A stretch of 64,000 nt of DNA. Source: Veleropilina oligotropha. Its lineage: Eukaryota. The stretch lies in NCBI GenBank assembly GCA_048128005.1, contig JBEUKZ010000077.1, positions 186,001 to 250,000 on the forward strand, given 5' to 3'. The position numbers and the translations under genes are program-made. The notes beneath the pieces were generated by a model. It was not told the DNA's origin. It searched no databases and worked only from the letters and a program-made list of their open reading frames with translations. Each line of letters starts with the position of its first letter. Within the stretch, counting starts at the first letter, position 1. Positions 1-13,979 of this stretch are shown piece after piece.

Positions 1-124
1 TCACGGCTTCCCGAGCTGATGGTGGGATCGCTAGGTTGAGTGGAATATTTGAATATGCAACGTGAACAAATATTGAAATAGCTTTTTCAAGATGCTTTGT
101 GTGAGAGAAAAATAATCAAGTTTT

Positions 125-207
125 GAGTTCCATATAGTGAAATATCAGTCTGGGGTGGGATGGTTCAACATCCCATCCTCGCCTGATATTTCTCTATCTG
201 GAACTCA
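125..207. repeat. Imperfect long palindrome (hairpin)
   Basis: gagttccatatagtgaaatatcag...gggatg-gttcaa-catccc...ctgatatttctctatctggaactc folds back on itself. Confidence 0.75.
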
Positions 208-608
208 ATGCGATGCTTGATTCTATTGATATTCTCAACTGCTTTCTGGTTACATAATGTGAGGAAGAATTCGTTTCCAGTTCAATGATCAAAAAGAGAA
301 ATCCGAAGCTGACAAATACAAGACCGACTGATGGACACTACATGACACCACATCAGCGGCGCTCAAGTAATGAAAGCAGTCTTTGGCGCATTGAGACCGA
401 CTGCACTATGATGAGAATGACATACAGTCATCTGAGAAGCAACTTTTGTCATGTGATTGGAAACATGTAGGCCTACATAAAAACTCTAGTCGATAACAAT
501 GCCTTGATATGATATAAGTGATAACACTAAAATCATCACAAGGTATAACGGATTCAATTATGTAAAAAATAAATTATATACATATCATATAACTTCAATG
601 TTTAAAGA

Positions 609-1040
609 GACTATTGCCAATAAATGCGCTCTTTTCGTGACTGTGTAGCATGACTGATCACCCTCTATCGCACGGTTCGCGCAGATTGATGTAAATTTCG
701 CGAAGATATGACCGATATATGATCAAATGATAGACATTAATTGAAATTATTACTGTAACTGGGCAATATATGTTATTGTCAAGTAGAAAGCTATCTTACT
801 TGACGAGCAGAAACCTACGCAACTGTGCTCCAACTAGGTCAAATGAACTCTGTGCGAGGTAATTAAACGCGGACCTCGTTTTGTTATTTTTAAATATTCA
901 GTAGCGATTAATTTAAACGGTAGAAAATTACTGACGAAAGTTGAGTGTTGAAAATTCCTAACTTTTCATGTTCTAAACAAAAAGTGTAATGCGATTAGTT
1001 TTCTTTTTAAAAAAGAAAGAGCGCATTACGGGCAATAGTC
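609..1040. mobile_element. MITE-like non-autonomous DNA transposon
   Basis: Imperfect ~25-bp TIRs gactattgccaataaatgcgctcttt / aaagagcgcattacgggcaatagtc; no ORF; TSD not clear. Confidence 0.55.
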
Positions 1041-1520
1041 CAAGATATTTCCGATTGACTTTGACCGCCCGCCGATGCAACTTAATAGGAAACTACACAA
1101 TCATGTATCCACCCTGGTGAAAGTGTGATACCTAAGATGTTTCAAGAAGGTAATCTTTACAGGTTTATAAGCGTGTTCTTGTCAAATTTTGAAACAGTGC
1201 TCTAGTTTCCATAATTTACATCGTGGCAGCGATCTGAGGATTTCGACTCTACACTATGCTTGGCGCTTAGTTTCTTTCTATTGATTTTATGGATAATCCG
1301 TGATAACTTTTGGTCCATTTCTTCCAAAGCTTCGTTATTAACATGCTTCCACCAAGACACTATAGTCCGATCAATCTGAATATATGCTGTCGCATGCGTG
1401 TGAACGATTAGGTCAAATAATGTATTGTGCTAGACGTGCACATACGCTAATATTTATAACTGGTCAGGCTGATAAAACGCAGAGCTTTTCCGATTACCAA
1501 ACTCCATGAAATAAAGTAGA

Positions 1521-4500
1521 GTGCATGCTAGAGAAGAGTACAGTGAATGCATATTGCATGCTAGAGAAGAGTACAGTGAATGCATATTGCATGCTAGAGA
1601 AGAGTACAGTGAATGCATATTGCATGCTAGAGAAGAGTACAGTGAATGCATATTGCATGCTAGAGAAGAGTACAGTGAATGCATATTGCATGCTAGAGAA
1701 GAGTACAGTGAATGCATATTGCATGCTAGAGAAGAGTACAGTGAATGCATATTGCATGCTAGAGAAGAGTACAGTGGATGCATATTGCATGCTAGAGAAG
1801 AGTACAGTGAATGCATATTGCATGCTAGAGAAGAGTACAGTGAATGCATAGTGCATGCTAGAGAAGAGTACAGTGAATGCATATTGCATGCTATAGAAGA
1901 GTACAGTGAATGCATATTGCATGCTAGAGAAGAGTACAGTGAATGCATATTGCATGCTAGAGAAGAGTACAGTGGATGCATAGTGCATGCTAGAGAAGAG
2001 TACAGTGAATGCATATTGCATGCTAGAGAAGAGTACAGTGGATGCATAGTGCATGCTAGAGAAGAGTACAGTGAATGCATAGTGCATGCTAGAGAAGAGT
2101 ACAGTGAATGCATAGTGCATGCTAGAGAAGAGTACAGTGAATGCATATTGCATGCTAGAGAAGAGTACAGTGAATGCATATTGCATGCTAGAGAAGAGTA
2201 CAGTGAATGCATATTGCATGCTAGAGAAGAGTACAGTGAATGCATATTGCATGCTAGAGAAGAGTACAGTGAATGCATATTGCATGCTAGAGAAGAGTAC
2301 AGTGAATGCATAGTGCATGCTAGAGAAGAGTACAGTGAATGCATATTGCATGCTAGAGAAGAGTACAGTGAATGCATAGTGCATGCTAGAGAAGAGTACA
2401 GTGAATGCATATTGCATGCTAGAGAAGAGTACAGTGAATGCATAGTGCATGCTAGAGAAGAGTACAGTGATGCATATTGCATGCTAGAGAAGAGTACAGT
2501 GAATGCATAGTGCATGCTAGAGAAGAGTACAGTGAATGCATAGTGCATGCTAGAGAAGAGTACAGTGAATGCATAGTGCATGCTAGAGAAGAGTACAGTG
2601 ATGCATATTGCATGCTAGAGAAGAGTACAGTGGATGCATATTGCATGCTAGAGAAGAGTACAGTGAATGCATATTGCATGCTAGAGAAGAGTACAGTGAA
2701 TGCATATTGCATGCTAGAGAAGAGTACAGTGAATGCATAGTGCATGCTAGAGAAGAGTACAGTGAATGCATATTGCATGCTAGAGAAGAGTACAGTGAAT
2801 GCATAGTGCATGCTAGAGAAGAGTACAGTGATGCATATTGCATGCTAGAGAAGAGTACAGTGAATGCATAGTGCATGCTAGAGAAGAGTACAGTGAATGC
2901 ATAGTGCATGCTAGAGAAGAGTACAGTGAATGCATATTGCATGCTAGAGAAGAGTACAGTGATGCATATTGCATGCTAGAGAAGAGTACAGTGAATGCAT
3001 AGTGCATGCTAGAGAAGAGTACAGTGAATGCATAGTGCATGCTAGAGAAGAGTACAGTGAATGCATAGTGCATGCTAGAGAAGAGTACAGTGAATGCATA
3101 GTGCATGCTAGAGAAGAGTACAGTGAATGCATAGTGCATGCTAGAGAAGAGTACAGTGAATGCATAGTGCATGCTAGAGAAGAGTACAGTGAATGCATAG
3201 TGCATGCTAGAGAAGAGTACAGTGAATGCATAGTGCATGCTAGAGAAGAGTACAGTGAATGCATAGTGCATGCTAGAGAAGAGTACAGTGAATGCATAGT
3301 GCATGCTAGAGAAGAGTACAGTGGATGCATAGTGCATGCTAGAGAAGAGTACAGTGAATGCATAGTGCATGCATAGTGCATGCTAGAGAAGAGTACAGTG
3401 AATGCATATTGCATGCTAGAGAAGAGTACAGTGAATGCATATTGCATGCTAGAGAAGAGTACAGTGAATGCATATTGCATGCTAGAGAAGAGTACAGTGA
3501 ATGCATATTGCATGCTAGAGAAGAGTACAGTGAATGCATATTGCATGCTAGAGAAGAGTACAGTGAATGCATATTGCATGCTAGAGAAGAGTACAGTGAA
3601 TGCATATTGCATGCTAGAGAAGAGTACAGTGAATGCATATTGCATGCTAGAGAAGAGTACAGTGAATGCATATTGCATGCTAGAGAAGAGTACAGTGAAT
3701 GCATATTGCATGCTAGAGAAGAGTACAGTGAATGCATATTGCATGCTAGAGAAGAGTACAGTGAATGCATATTGCATGCTAGAGAAGAGTACAGTGAATG
3801 CATATTGCATGCTAGAGAAGAGTACAGTGAATGCATATTGCATGCTAGAGAAGAGTACAGTGAATGCATATTGCATGCTAGAGAAGAGTACAGTGAATGC
3901 ATATTGCATGCTAGAGAAGAGTACAGTGAATGCATATTGCATGCTAGAGAAGAGTACAGTGAATGCATATTGCATGCTAGAGAAGAGTACAGTGAATGCA
4001 TATTGCATGCTAGAGAAGAGTACAGTGAATGCATATTGCATGCTAGAGAAGAGTACAGTGAATGCATATTGCATGCTAGAGAAGAGTACAGTGAATGCAT
4101 ATTGCATGCTAGAGAAGAGTACAGTGAATGCATATTGCATGCTAGAGAAGAGTACAGTGAATGCATATTGCATGCTAGAGAAGAGTACAGTGAATGCATA
4201 TTGCATGCTAGAGAAGAGTACAGTGAATGCATATTGCATGCTAGAGAAGAGTACAGTGAATGCATATTGCATGCTAGAGAAGAGTACAGTGAATGCATAT
4301 TGCATGCTAGAGAAGAGTACAGTGAATGCATATTGCATGCTAGAGAAGAGTACAGTGAATGCATATTGCATGCTAGAGAAGAGTACAGTGAATGCATATT
4401 GCATGCTAGAGAAGAGTACAGTGAATGCATATTGCATGCTAGAGAAGAGTACAGTGAATGCATATTGCATGCTAGAGAAGAGTACAGTGAATGCATATTG

Positions 4501-5060
4501 CATGCTAGAGAAGAGTACAGTGAATGCATATTGCATGCTAGAGAAGAGTACAGTGAATGCATATTGCATGCTAGAGAAGAGTACAGTGAATGCATATTGC
4601 ATGCTAGAGAAGAGTACAGTGAATGCATATTGCATGCTAGAGAAGAGTACAGTGAATGCATATTGCATGCTAGAGAAGAGTACAGTGAATGCATATTGCA
4701 TGCTAGAGAAGAGTACAGTGAATGCATATTGCATGCTAGAGAAGAGTACAGTGAATGCATATTGCATGCTAGAGAAGAGTACAGTGAATGCATATTGCAT
4801 GCTAGAGAAGAGTACAGTGAATGCATATTGCATGCTAGAGAAGAGTACAGTGAATGCATATTGCATGCTAGAGAAGAGTACAGTGAATGCATATTGCATG
4901 CTAGAGAAGAGTACAGTGAATGCATATTGCATGCTAGAGAAGAGTACAGTGAATGCATATTGCATGCTAGAGAAGAGTACAGTGAATGCATATTGCATGC
5001 TAGAGAAGAGTACAGTGAATGCATATTGCATGCTAGAGAAGAGTACAGTGAATGCATATT
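1521..5060. repeat. 33-bp minisatellite, ~107 copies
   Basis: Unit (t/g)tgcatgctagagaagagtacagtgaatgcata; variant units in 1521-3370, homogeneous 3380-5060. Confidence 0.99.
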
Positions 5061-6048
5061 CAGACATATAATGAAAATGTATAATATATCTGTTTTCAAT
5101 GTAGGTCTATATTACCGTTCGGTTGAGTAACTTGCCCACGACACCGAACACACGAAGACATGCTCTGGTCTGCACCATCCACACCATCGCTGTAACAGAT
5201 ATTGATGCTGCGGTGTTGACTCTGATATCGATCCGGTTGTGGATGAGCGGCAGATGGGATCAGTGAGCAGTATTACGCTCCGGTGTCGTATGACATTTTG
5301 ACCCCATGGTGAAAGGACCCACGGGTCACTTTACAATAAGGTATGACCTGGGGTAATTTGTTCGCCATGATAAAATAACCCCCTAATGGAAAAGTGACCC
5401 ATGCCAAAATTCTACCTTGGTAAAATGACCCGCCTAAGTTTAGTTTTGGATATTGATGCAGTTGAGTAATACACCTTACAGGGTATATGCAATGAATTGT
5501 TCCATAATTGTATATTGATTTAAACATTTTATTTGTACAGATGATCATGATATAAATACAAAACAAGTATATATACAACAATTGGATAACAGGCTACTGC
5601 CTATTTGGATCCTTTTGCTGTCTATTGTACATGAAATAGTTGACAATCATTGCATGGAAATTAAGAACCTATATACATTTATATGTACACATGTAATAGG
5701 GGAGTACAATATGAATGCATTGATATAGCTATGTAGATCGTATGATATAAACTATGAGGCAAAACGTTGTGTATGCTTAATGAATATTTGAACTTGTTTG
5801 AAGATGTCTTTGTTGGCGTCTTCAGTGTAGGATTGGTTTCCGAATCGGAGATTAGATATGGTTTGGATGCCGATTTGTCTGAAAAGGATATTACGTTGTT
5901 CAGTGTAATTGTATATTGAAGTTTAATATATAAGATGGTGATGAATGGATGTTTAACGACTACGCCAACAGTTTAAATCGAGTCTATCAACTTTGAATGG
6001 AATTGAATGATGAAATGAAGTGCTGTGTGCAATGGAGGCAGCGATCGT

Positions 6049-6121
6049 TGGCATTTCCGGGGATTGAACCCCGTGACTTTCCGTTAGTAGACCAGCACCG
6101 GATCCACTCGGCCATGCTGCC
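6049..6121 (-). pseudogene. tRNA-like sequence (SINE head or tRNA pseudogene)
   Basis: Minus strand ggcagcaTGGCCGAGTGGatccgg...GGTTCAATCCccggaaatgcca has A and B boxes, but the anticodon and acceptor stems pair poorly. Confidence 0.55.
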
Positions 6122-6550
6122 CACCTTAATATATTATATAACTTCACATCTATTTCACAAATATGATATATTTCACCCTCATGTTTAATTGAAGATGAGG
6201 TTTGCCCTAAAAATGTATTATAGGTAACAGGAATGTTTAATAGAATACTTGAATTTTAAACGTATGACACAACTTCTATTAAACAAAATCAAAATGAAAT
6301 TTTAACTAAAATTCTAATATACACAATTAATGACAAATACAACATTTGAGAATATTTAATTTAGTATTTTAATTTGAAACAAAAAATGATTATTTTTTGC
6401 TACATATTTCTTTCATGTGTGATCTATAATGATCGTTTTAACACTAACAATGATCAATGGAACAGCAAGTGAACAAGGAGGATTGACGACCAAATTATTT
6501 GAAGATAATAAATGACTTGCATTGTGTGATCACATAAATAAGGTGTATGT

Positions 6551-7240
6551 AATTATTATTATTATTATTTAATACATTTATAATGCGCCTATTCTAGTGT
6601 AGCTCTAAGCGCAGTACAAACTATAACTAATATTACAGTACAATGTACACAAGAATATACAGGAGAGACATCAATGATACATACTATGAATGCAATAAGC
6701 AATAATAATAAACAGAATATTTTTTTTGTTGAGTATTTGCAATTTTATTATTATTTTTTTTTTTTTTACAAGCGCAATCAGACAAAGAGGTGAAGCAGCC
6801 ATCAGCGTGAACTTCAACCAACTTTGAATGATACATATGATGAATGCTATAAGCAATAACAATGAACAGATGTGAAGCAGTCATTACTGTCCTCCTATTA
6901 CGATGTCAGCTGAATTGTTAGTGAGATTTGATCAGGTTGGCATATACATCAGCAAATAGGTGTGTTTTCAACGTCTTCCGAAAACTTGTCTGAGATGTGC
7001 TTTCCTTTACTTTAGATGGGAGTTTGTTCCAGAGTTTTGGGGCATTGTTGATAAATGCTCTATCGCCATATTTATTCATTGTTCTATTCTCTGTCAACTG
7101 TTGTAATTGCTGCGACCTAAGTGCTCTAATAGGTCGATATTGAGCCAGAAGTTCAATAATATATCCAGGCGCTTTTCCTTGAAGAGAATTGTAAACGAAT
7201 GTAAGAATTTTGAAGATAATCCGTTTCTCAACAGGGATGT
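6551..7240 (-). mobile_element. 5'-truncated L2/CR1-type LINE 3' end
   Basis: ORF2 C-terminus (IPVEKRIIFKILTFVYNSLQGKAPGY...YGDRAF...APKLWNKLP...FRKTLKTHLF); 3' stem-loop gcgcttagag...ggcgcattataa and (AAT)n tail. Confidence 0.85.
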
Positions 7241-8058
7241 TCATATGTATGTGAACACAATTACCACTTAGTGACCAAATATACAATTGTCCAATTAATT
7301 ACTTGAGAATATGCCTTATTTAATTGTCTCTTGGATATAACTATACATGCAAGTGTAATTGCGTTCCCACTTCGCATTTTTCAAACGAAAGTATGTAACC
7401 AGAATCTGCTATGTTGTTTCCTTGAACATTCTTTTGTTTTCCTTTAAAACTTGCATTTCAAGCAGGGTTTATGCCAAAACTCAATATCTGCCAAAGTATT
7501 TTTTTCCAGTCGCAAATATTTTTGAAACAATTATATTTCAACATGAAACAGTGTCAGTGTTTGCTACTAATAGCATAATAGATATAGGATATTGCGTATA
7601 AAATGAACAAATTCCATTACGGAAGTGGGTTCTACTTCAAACTAGTTGAAAAGACCTGAATTTTGAGCTAATTTTAGATTTGGAATGCAACAAGGACAAA
7701 CTCTTCCAAATCAAATATTGTTAAGTGTAATGACATCATATATTGTTTTACTCTGTTGGTCTGATAACTGCGAAAAACCGATACCATTTCATAGGCTTGA
7801 TTTTAGATTCAGTCAAGCTATCACTACCATTGAAGGTCAATCAATATTATGTAATTTATTGTACATTTATTTAGGATATTTGTTTTGTATAATATAAAAT
7901 AACATTTTACAAATACATATATGGTATATGGTATACTGTAATATTTTGCAGTTAATTCCCATAATCCATTTAGAACAACAAGAATCATCATTATCTGGTC
8001 CAGTTATTGTCTTGACCTTTTTGTAAAAAATGACAAGACATCAAATGGTCCGTGTGTA

Positions 8059-8232
<174 letters not shown>

Positions 8233-8336
8233 CACGTAGATAAATAACGTTTTCAATCAGAAAGTGCTCGACTGTTGGAGCTGTTATTTACAAAATAAAT
8301 GAAGATTTACAAGATCCACATGATGTTTAATTTACA

Positions 8337-8393
8337 CACTACAACGGTGTTTCGTGCGGATGATAAAATATTACCGTCCGTACTCTTCAGGTG
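8337..8393 (-). ncRNA. Minimal type I hammerhead ribozyme
   Basis: Minus strand cac-CUGAAGA-[guacggacgguaa uauu uuaucauccgcac]-GAAAC-accguu-GUA-gug; intact core, cac/gug stem I, minimal stem III. Confidence 0.85.
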
Positions 8394-8521
8394 ATTATGA
8401 GTGGATGATTCAACAAAGAACATTGAAATAGTTATTGATGACGTCACAAGGTGTTACTATGGTGTTCGTTAGATGACGTAATGATTCGTTACAACGTAAG
8501 GTGAATTGCTTCGTTACAACA

Positions 8522-9791
8522 TTAGGTGAATTGCAGGAGATATTTTCTACGATGTCTGCACCCAGCGGCTAGTTCATTTCGTTTGTTAAGAGTGGAGAGC
8601 TCCGGTCGACATATGATATAATATTTTTCCGTTAAGCATAAATTGCATCGTTTTGTTGCATTTGAATATGATTTTGCTCTCTTGATTACTTTCCACGTTA
8701 TATCGTATGTTTCATTGTTGTCCTTCAATGCCCATACGTATTTACTTAATTCTGTTACGTTTCTTTGTTTAATATTATTGAATGATGATATGTGGTTTCT
8801 GTATCGGCTTTTGAAATCGTTTTCTGTGAGACCGATGTAATGTTCCAATCTGTTGATGGTTTTGACCGTGGCCTGGTAAATTATACTTTCTGTCAAGCAC
8901 TTTTGATTAAGCGGGCACTGTGATTGGTTTCTGCAGTTACATTCTTTCTTTTTTTCTCTTTTTCCTTCTCGTTCTTTTTCTGGTTTGGCGATTACGGCTG
9001 CATTATGAGCGGTGATTGTACTCTTTATGTTGGGCATGCAAGAGTAGCTTAACTTTAATGTATTGCGATTGAATATTTTTTTAAGTGCGTGGTTTGGATG
9101 AAAACATTCGTCGATGATCCTAAAAAAACGTTTCCCGATGTTGGTGGATACGTTTTTGCTGTACGGTGGATTGTACCATGTCACGTTTCTTTTGCGCGAT
9201 TTCTTTGCTTTTAATTTGTGCTTGGAAATTTGTTCATAATTCAGCACATAGTTGTAGCCGCTGTTGTTTAGTGCGTTTTGATATATTGGCGCTGCCTTGC
9301 TGAAGGTTTCTTGATCAGACGATATTTCGACCAGGCGTTGGTTGACGGCTAGTGGTATATTTCTTAGGATAGAAGGTGGATGATTACTTTCTTTGTGTAC
9401 ATATAGTGGTACGTTGTTTGGCTTGATGTAAGGTGCGTGTGTGCCTCTGCTCAAGTTTAGCGTGACGTCCAGGAAGTTGACGATTTTCTTATTGGCTTGG
9501 ATGGTAATTTTTAACCCATTTTCCGAAAAGACTTTACAGATGTCTTTCTTAATGTTTTCGATCTGCTTAGGTTTTTCTTTGAAAGCTCCTAGTCCATCGT
9601 CTCTGTAGAGTCCGATTCGTTGTCTGTACGAATTAGGCATTTGGCATAAAAGGTAACACCCTACTAGTTCACAGACTTCGGCACCATCGAAGGAACCCAT
9701 TGTAATGTCAAATAGATTGTTTGAGTTCTTTTTTGTCCATGCCTCGCCGCCGTGGAATAATAACGATTTCTTGGTATGCATAATAATGGAC

Positions 9792-9793
<2 letters not shown>
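8522..9793 (-). CDS. Penelope-like RT (C-terminal part) plus GIY-YIG endonuclease, partial
   Basis: [47 protein letters not shown]...[24 protein letters not shown]...LNKRNEL...CRHRRK. Confidence 0.9.
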
Positions 9794-10280
<487 letters not shown>

Positions 10281-10467
10281 GACCAAAATTGGATATACAT
10301 TCCTACAACTATTTGTATATTGTGTATATAACTTTCATTACAAAATTACGTAAAATATGCTTTTTATAGGCATTTTTATGCATAATTACTATGGTAACTA
10401 GGCCTATGCAAAGTTATGACTTCATAATTAGTGACGTTCTATAATTAAAATGTCATCTGTCAGAAAA

Positions 10468-10870
10468 TCATGAGTTGGAAGTAAATACATCGTAAGAATA
10501 TCTCATATAATCCAATGGAGATTTATCTTGTAAAGGAATTTTTTCGGATAATGATGGACCTACATTTATGAAATAATTGTTCAAAATTTTCGCTATTTCT
10601 TGAGGGTCAGAAATTTCTTTATTATTGTGTCTAAATGTGGTACTATTCACTTTTTGTTCACTCTTCCTTTTATTAATAATTTTGCAAGATTTGACTTATT
10701 ATTGATAAAGAGGGTGTGATAGTGGTCTTTCTTTGCAATACGAAGAAGATGATGTAATTTATTTCTATGTTTTATAGCTGCTCTCATGAAAAGGAGTTTG
10801 ACTGTTTAGAAAATTTAAATATAATTTATTTTTATGTTGGATGGACTTAAGGCAGCAGTTAACCATGGTT
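10468..10870 (-). mobile_element. Degenerate CR1/L2-type LINE ORF2 fragment
   Basis: KEISDPQEIAKILNNYFINVGPSLSEKIP, typical of the APE-RT linker. Confidence 0.65.
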
Positions 10871-13289
10871 TTTGGTTCTTGTATATGTATTGACAATTTG
10901 GTTATGAAATTGCGAATACGGTGTCTGTGTATCATTAGTTGTATATATACATTATCCCAAGTCATTTTCATTATTCGCTCATACCGATGGTGATGTACAT
11001 CACACGGTCTCGTGATGTGTGGTTGGGCCATTGTATGCAGCCTTATGCCCGATGGGTTTATATGTTCATCTTGCTGCCAATATTCGAGAAGGGTGAGAAT
11101 GATATCGAGGTATTTAACTAGTTTACTTGTCGAACCATTGGACGATGGTTACTAGAAACAGCTATACTCTTGGATAATGGGCAGAACATATATGCATCTT
11201 CGTGGTCGCACTCTGCATTTTAATTCGGCAACATGCATAAGCTTGGATGCTGGTCAGACTTTTAACTGTTGGTTTCCCATGTGGATGTTGTGTGTGACAA
11301 TTGCGTGTGAAGCTAGTCGTACATTATTGAAACGCCATAACTTACTGATGAAGTCAATTTGGACATATTGGTAGAAATTAAATGACAGTTATCTGACCCA
11401 AGAGGCAAAACAGCAACTGGATAGTTTTCTCCTTTCAATTGTGGTGCATGCCTATTAGACAATCATAAATTATTAGTGATATTTTATAATTAATAAACAT
11501 GGCTTACGGACATAACAAATCGGTAATCGAATTATTTAAAAGTAATTTATTTAATAGAAAAAGGTTAATTAAACATCCTCATAGAAGCACAGTCAAATTA
11601 TAGCGAATTATGACCGAGTTCTTTTAAATATTTGAAAGAACACAAAGATATAGAAGGACAAGAACTTATCGATGCTGTATTGTAAGGAAATCGCTCCTCA
11701 CGCACGTTTTACGAACCTGCGCGTTTTGCAAACCGTGCAGTGCAATTAACGAGTTCGTAATTTGCGCTACCATTCACGAACCACGCAGCGCAAATAACGA
11801 ACGGGCGGCTTGCGCGTTTGACGAACATTAAAATATATATATGCACGTTATTATCGGTATAATGACATTTATGGAATATATACGACATAACGTTGGCCAT
11901 GAAAGATGCAAATGATTTTAGGGAATGTAGCAACTACTTTATAATGCGTTTAGTAAATAAATTTCAATTGAAAATAATAATAAATTATATCTTTTCAAGC
12001 ACTGAAAGGTGGAAGCGATTGAATTTCTAAGAATAAAATTAATAGCCTACAATAATATTGATCTCGTGTAAATACCTGTACACTTGTATTTTATAATACG
12101 CCTACTAATGTTTTTTGCAAATTTTCCATTTTAATTTTTCCGTGTGGTGGTGGCGGGCAGTATTGCCTACGTTTAAACAAACTCATTACTCGTATTTGGA
12201 TATAACAAAAGTCGTTGATATGTTCCTTTGGTTGTTTATTTAGGATCGTTAAAAAGCAACGGTACACTACCAGATGCGTCGCTTGATGACTATGGTGGGC
12301 TCATTACTTGGCAGGTCGTTACCACATTTGGCAAAAACAAACATTTCCTTTTGTATAAACATTTGTTGTATAAACTAGGCGGGCCGAAACAATTGTATAA
12401 AATAATATGTATTTGTGAGGCATTCGGCCAGTTAATTTATGGACAGTCGTATATTACTATTTGACAAGTTACTAATGTCATGTAGTTCAGAAAGTGCCCG
12501 TATATAAGAAGAAAAATATATTTTTTGATGGACATGGACAATATTGGTGTCTTTAGTAGAAATTATTGATTATATCAGATAAAATGCATGTAAAAATAAA
12601 AAAGTTATTTGTGCGATTAATGTATGTGATCGATAACTGCATACAAGCAAACAAAATCATACACGTTAGCTATTTGTTTTATGTTTAGGAATTTACAAAC
12701 AATGAATACATTTAATAGCAATTATATCAGAAATATCAATGAGTGCAGATTTACGGATTTAGGGTTTTTTCCGATCTGACAAACATATAAGCCTGTATCG
12801 GCAGTGCGAACGTCTCACCCCTTAGTGGAAAAACTCAAGAAATTTATATTATTTTGTTTGCTGAAAATAGTTAGTAATTGTTGGTAAAAATATCGAGATT
12901 GCCCTCTCAGATTCCGAGAGAGGTCATTGTCAAAATATTCTTTCACGTGCCCCCCCCCCCTTGCTAAATCATGGAACGCCCCCGGCAAAATGATATATAT
13001 AACAAAGTCCAAATGCAAGCATGACAAAATATGACTTTTTTATATGTGCGTATATCTTTTTAGAATTATGTAATGTTTTTACGACAAATTATAATTATTT
13101 TCGTTAATAATAATTTATAAATAATCTAGTTCGCTCTCTCTGAAAACCATATAAATAATACTAGTGAGTATTCGTCAAGCTACGAATAATATGAAGACTT
13201 ATAGGCTTATAATTATATAAGCAAGAAAACTTGGTTTTATTTTGTTTAATGAAATGAAACGATGCTTAATATCCTTTATATTTACAACC

Positions 13290-13486
13290 ATCATGTTAAA
13301 GGCAGGACATATCCGTATTATCGATGGGGAAACCCGCTGTCTGCGGTCAGTTACGAACTGCGATTGATAACTGAAGAAAGAATCCTAATTCCCCAGCCGA
13401 GATTCGAACCCACTCTTGTCACTTAGCGCAATCGAGGCAGTGATTTTAGAGTTGGTACGCGATACCACCAGACTACCTGGGACGCC
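13290..13486 (-). mobile_element. tRNA-derived SINE
   Basis: A box tagtctggtgg and B box ggttcgaatct on the minus strand; related pieces at 42831, ~43890 and ~54600. Confidence 0.65.
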
Positions 13487-13979
13487 TTATTTTATATATT
13501 TTTGCGCATCAATTTATAGACAATAGAAGATTGTTTGATAAATTACCATTTATCGGCAAAGACATAGTTTAAATCAACTTAGATAATAAGAAATCGCTAT
13601 TTGCGCAAATAGTAGAGAGAACGAACTATATTATTTTAGAGAACGAACTATATTATTTTGTACTTATAGTTTTGTAATTTATTATTAGCCAATATAATTA
13701 TAATTTGTCATAAAAACATTACATTACTTCTAAAAATATATACGCACATATAAATAGTCATATTTTTGTATGCTTGCATATGGTCTTTTTTATGTACATC
13801 ATTTTGTCAGAGGCGGTTTTGTGATTTTCCATTGGGGGGGGGGGGGGGGGCACGTGAAAGAAAATTTTGACAGTTATACCACTTTCGCATTCTGAGAGCG
13901 CAATCTCGATATTTTTACCAACAATTACGAACTATTTTCAGCAAACTTTATAATAGCAATTTCTTGAATTTTTTCCACT

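Noticed and set aside
1454..5130. Long ORFs (up to 707 aa) in several frames
   Set aside because: Artefacts of a 33-bp repeat that is open in multiple frames on both strands; no unique coding flanks
6049..6121. Functional tRNA gene
   Set aside because: The anticodon and acceptor stems do not pair properly
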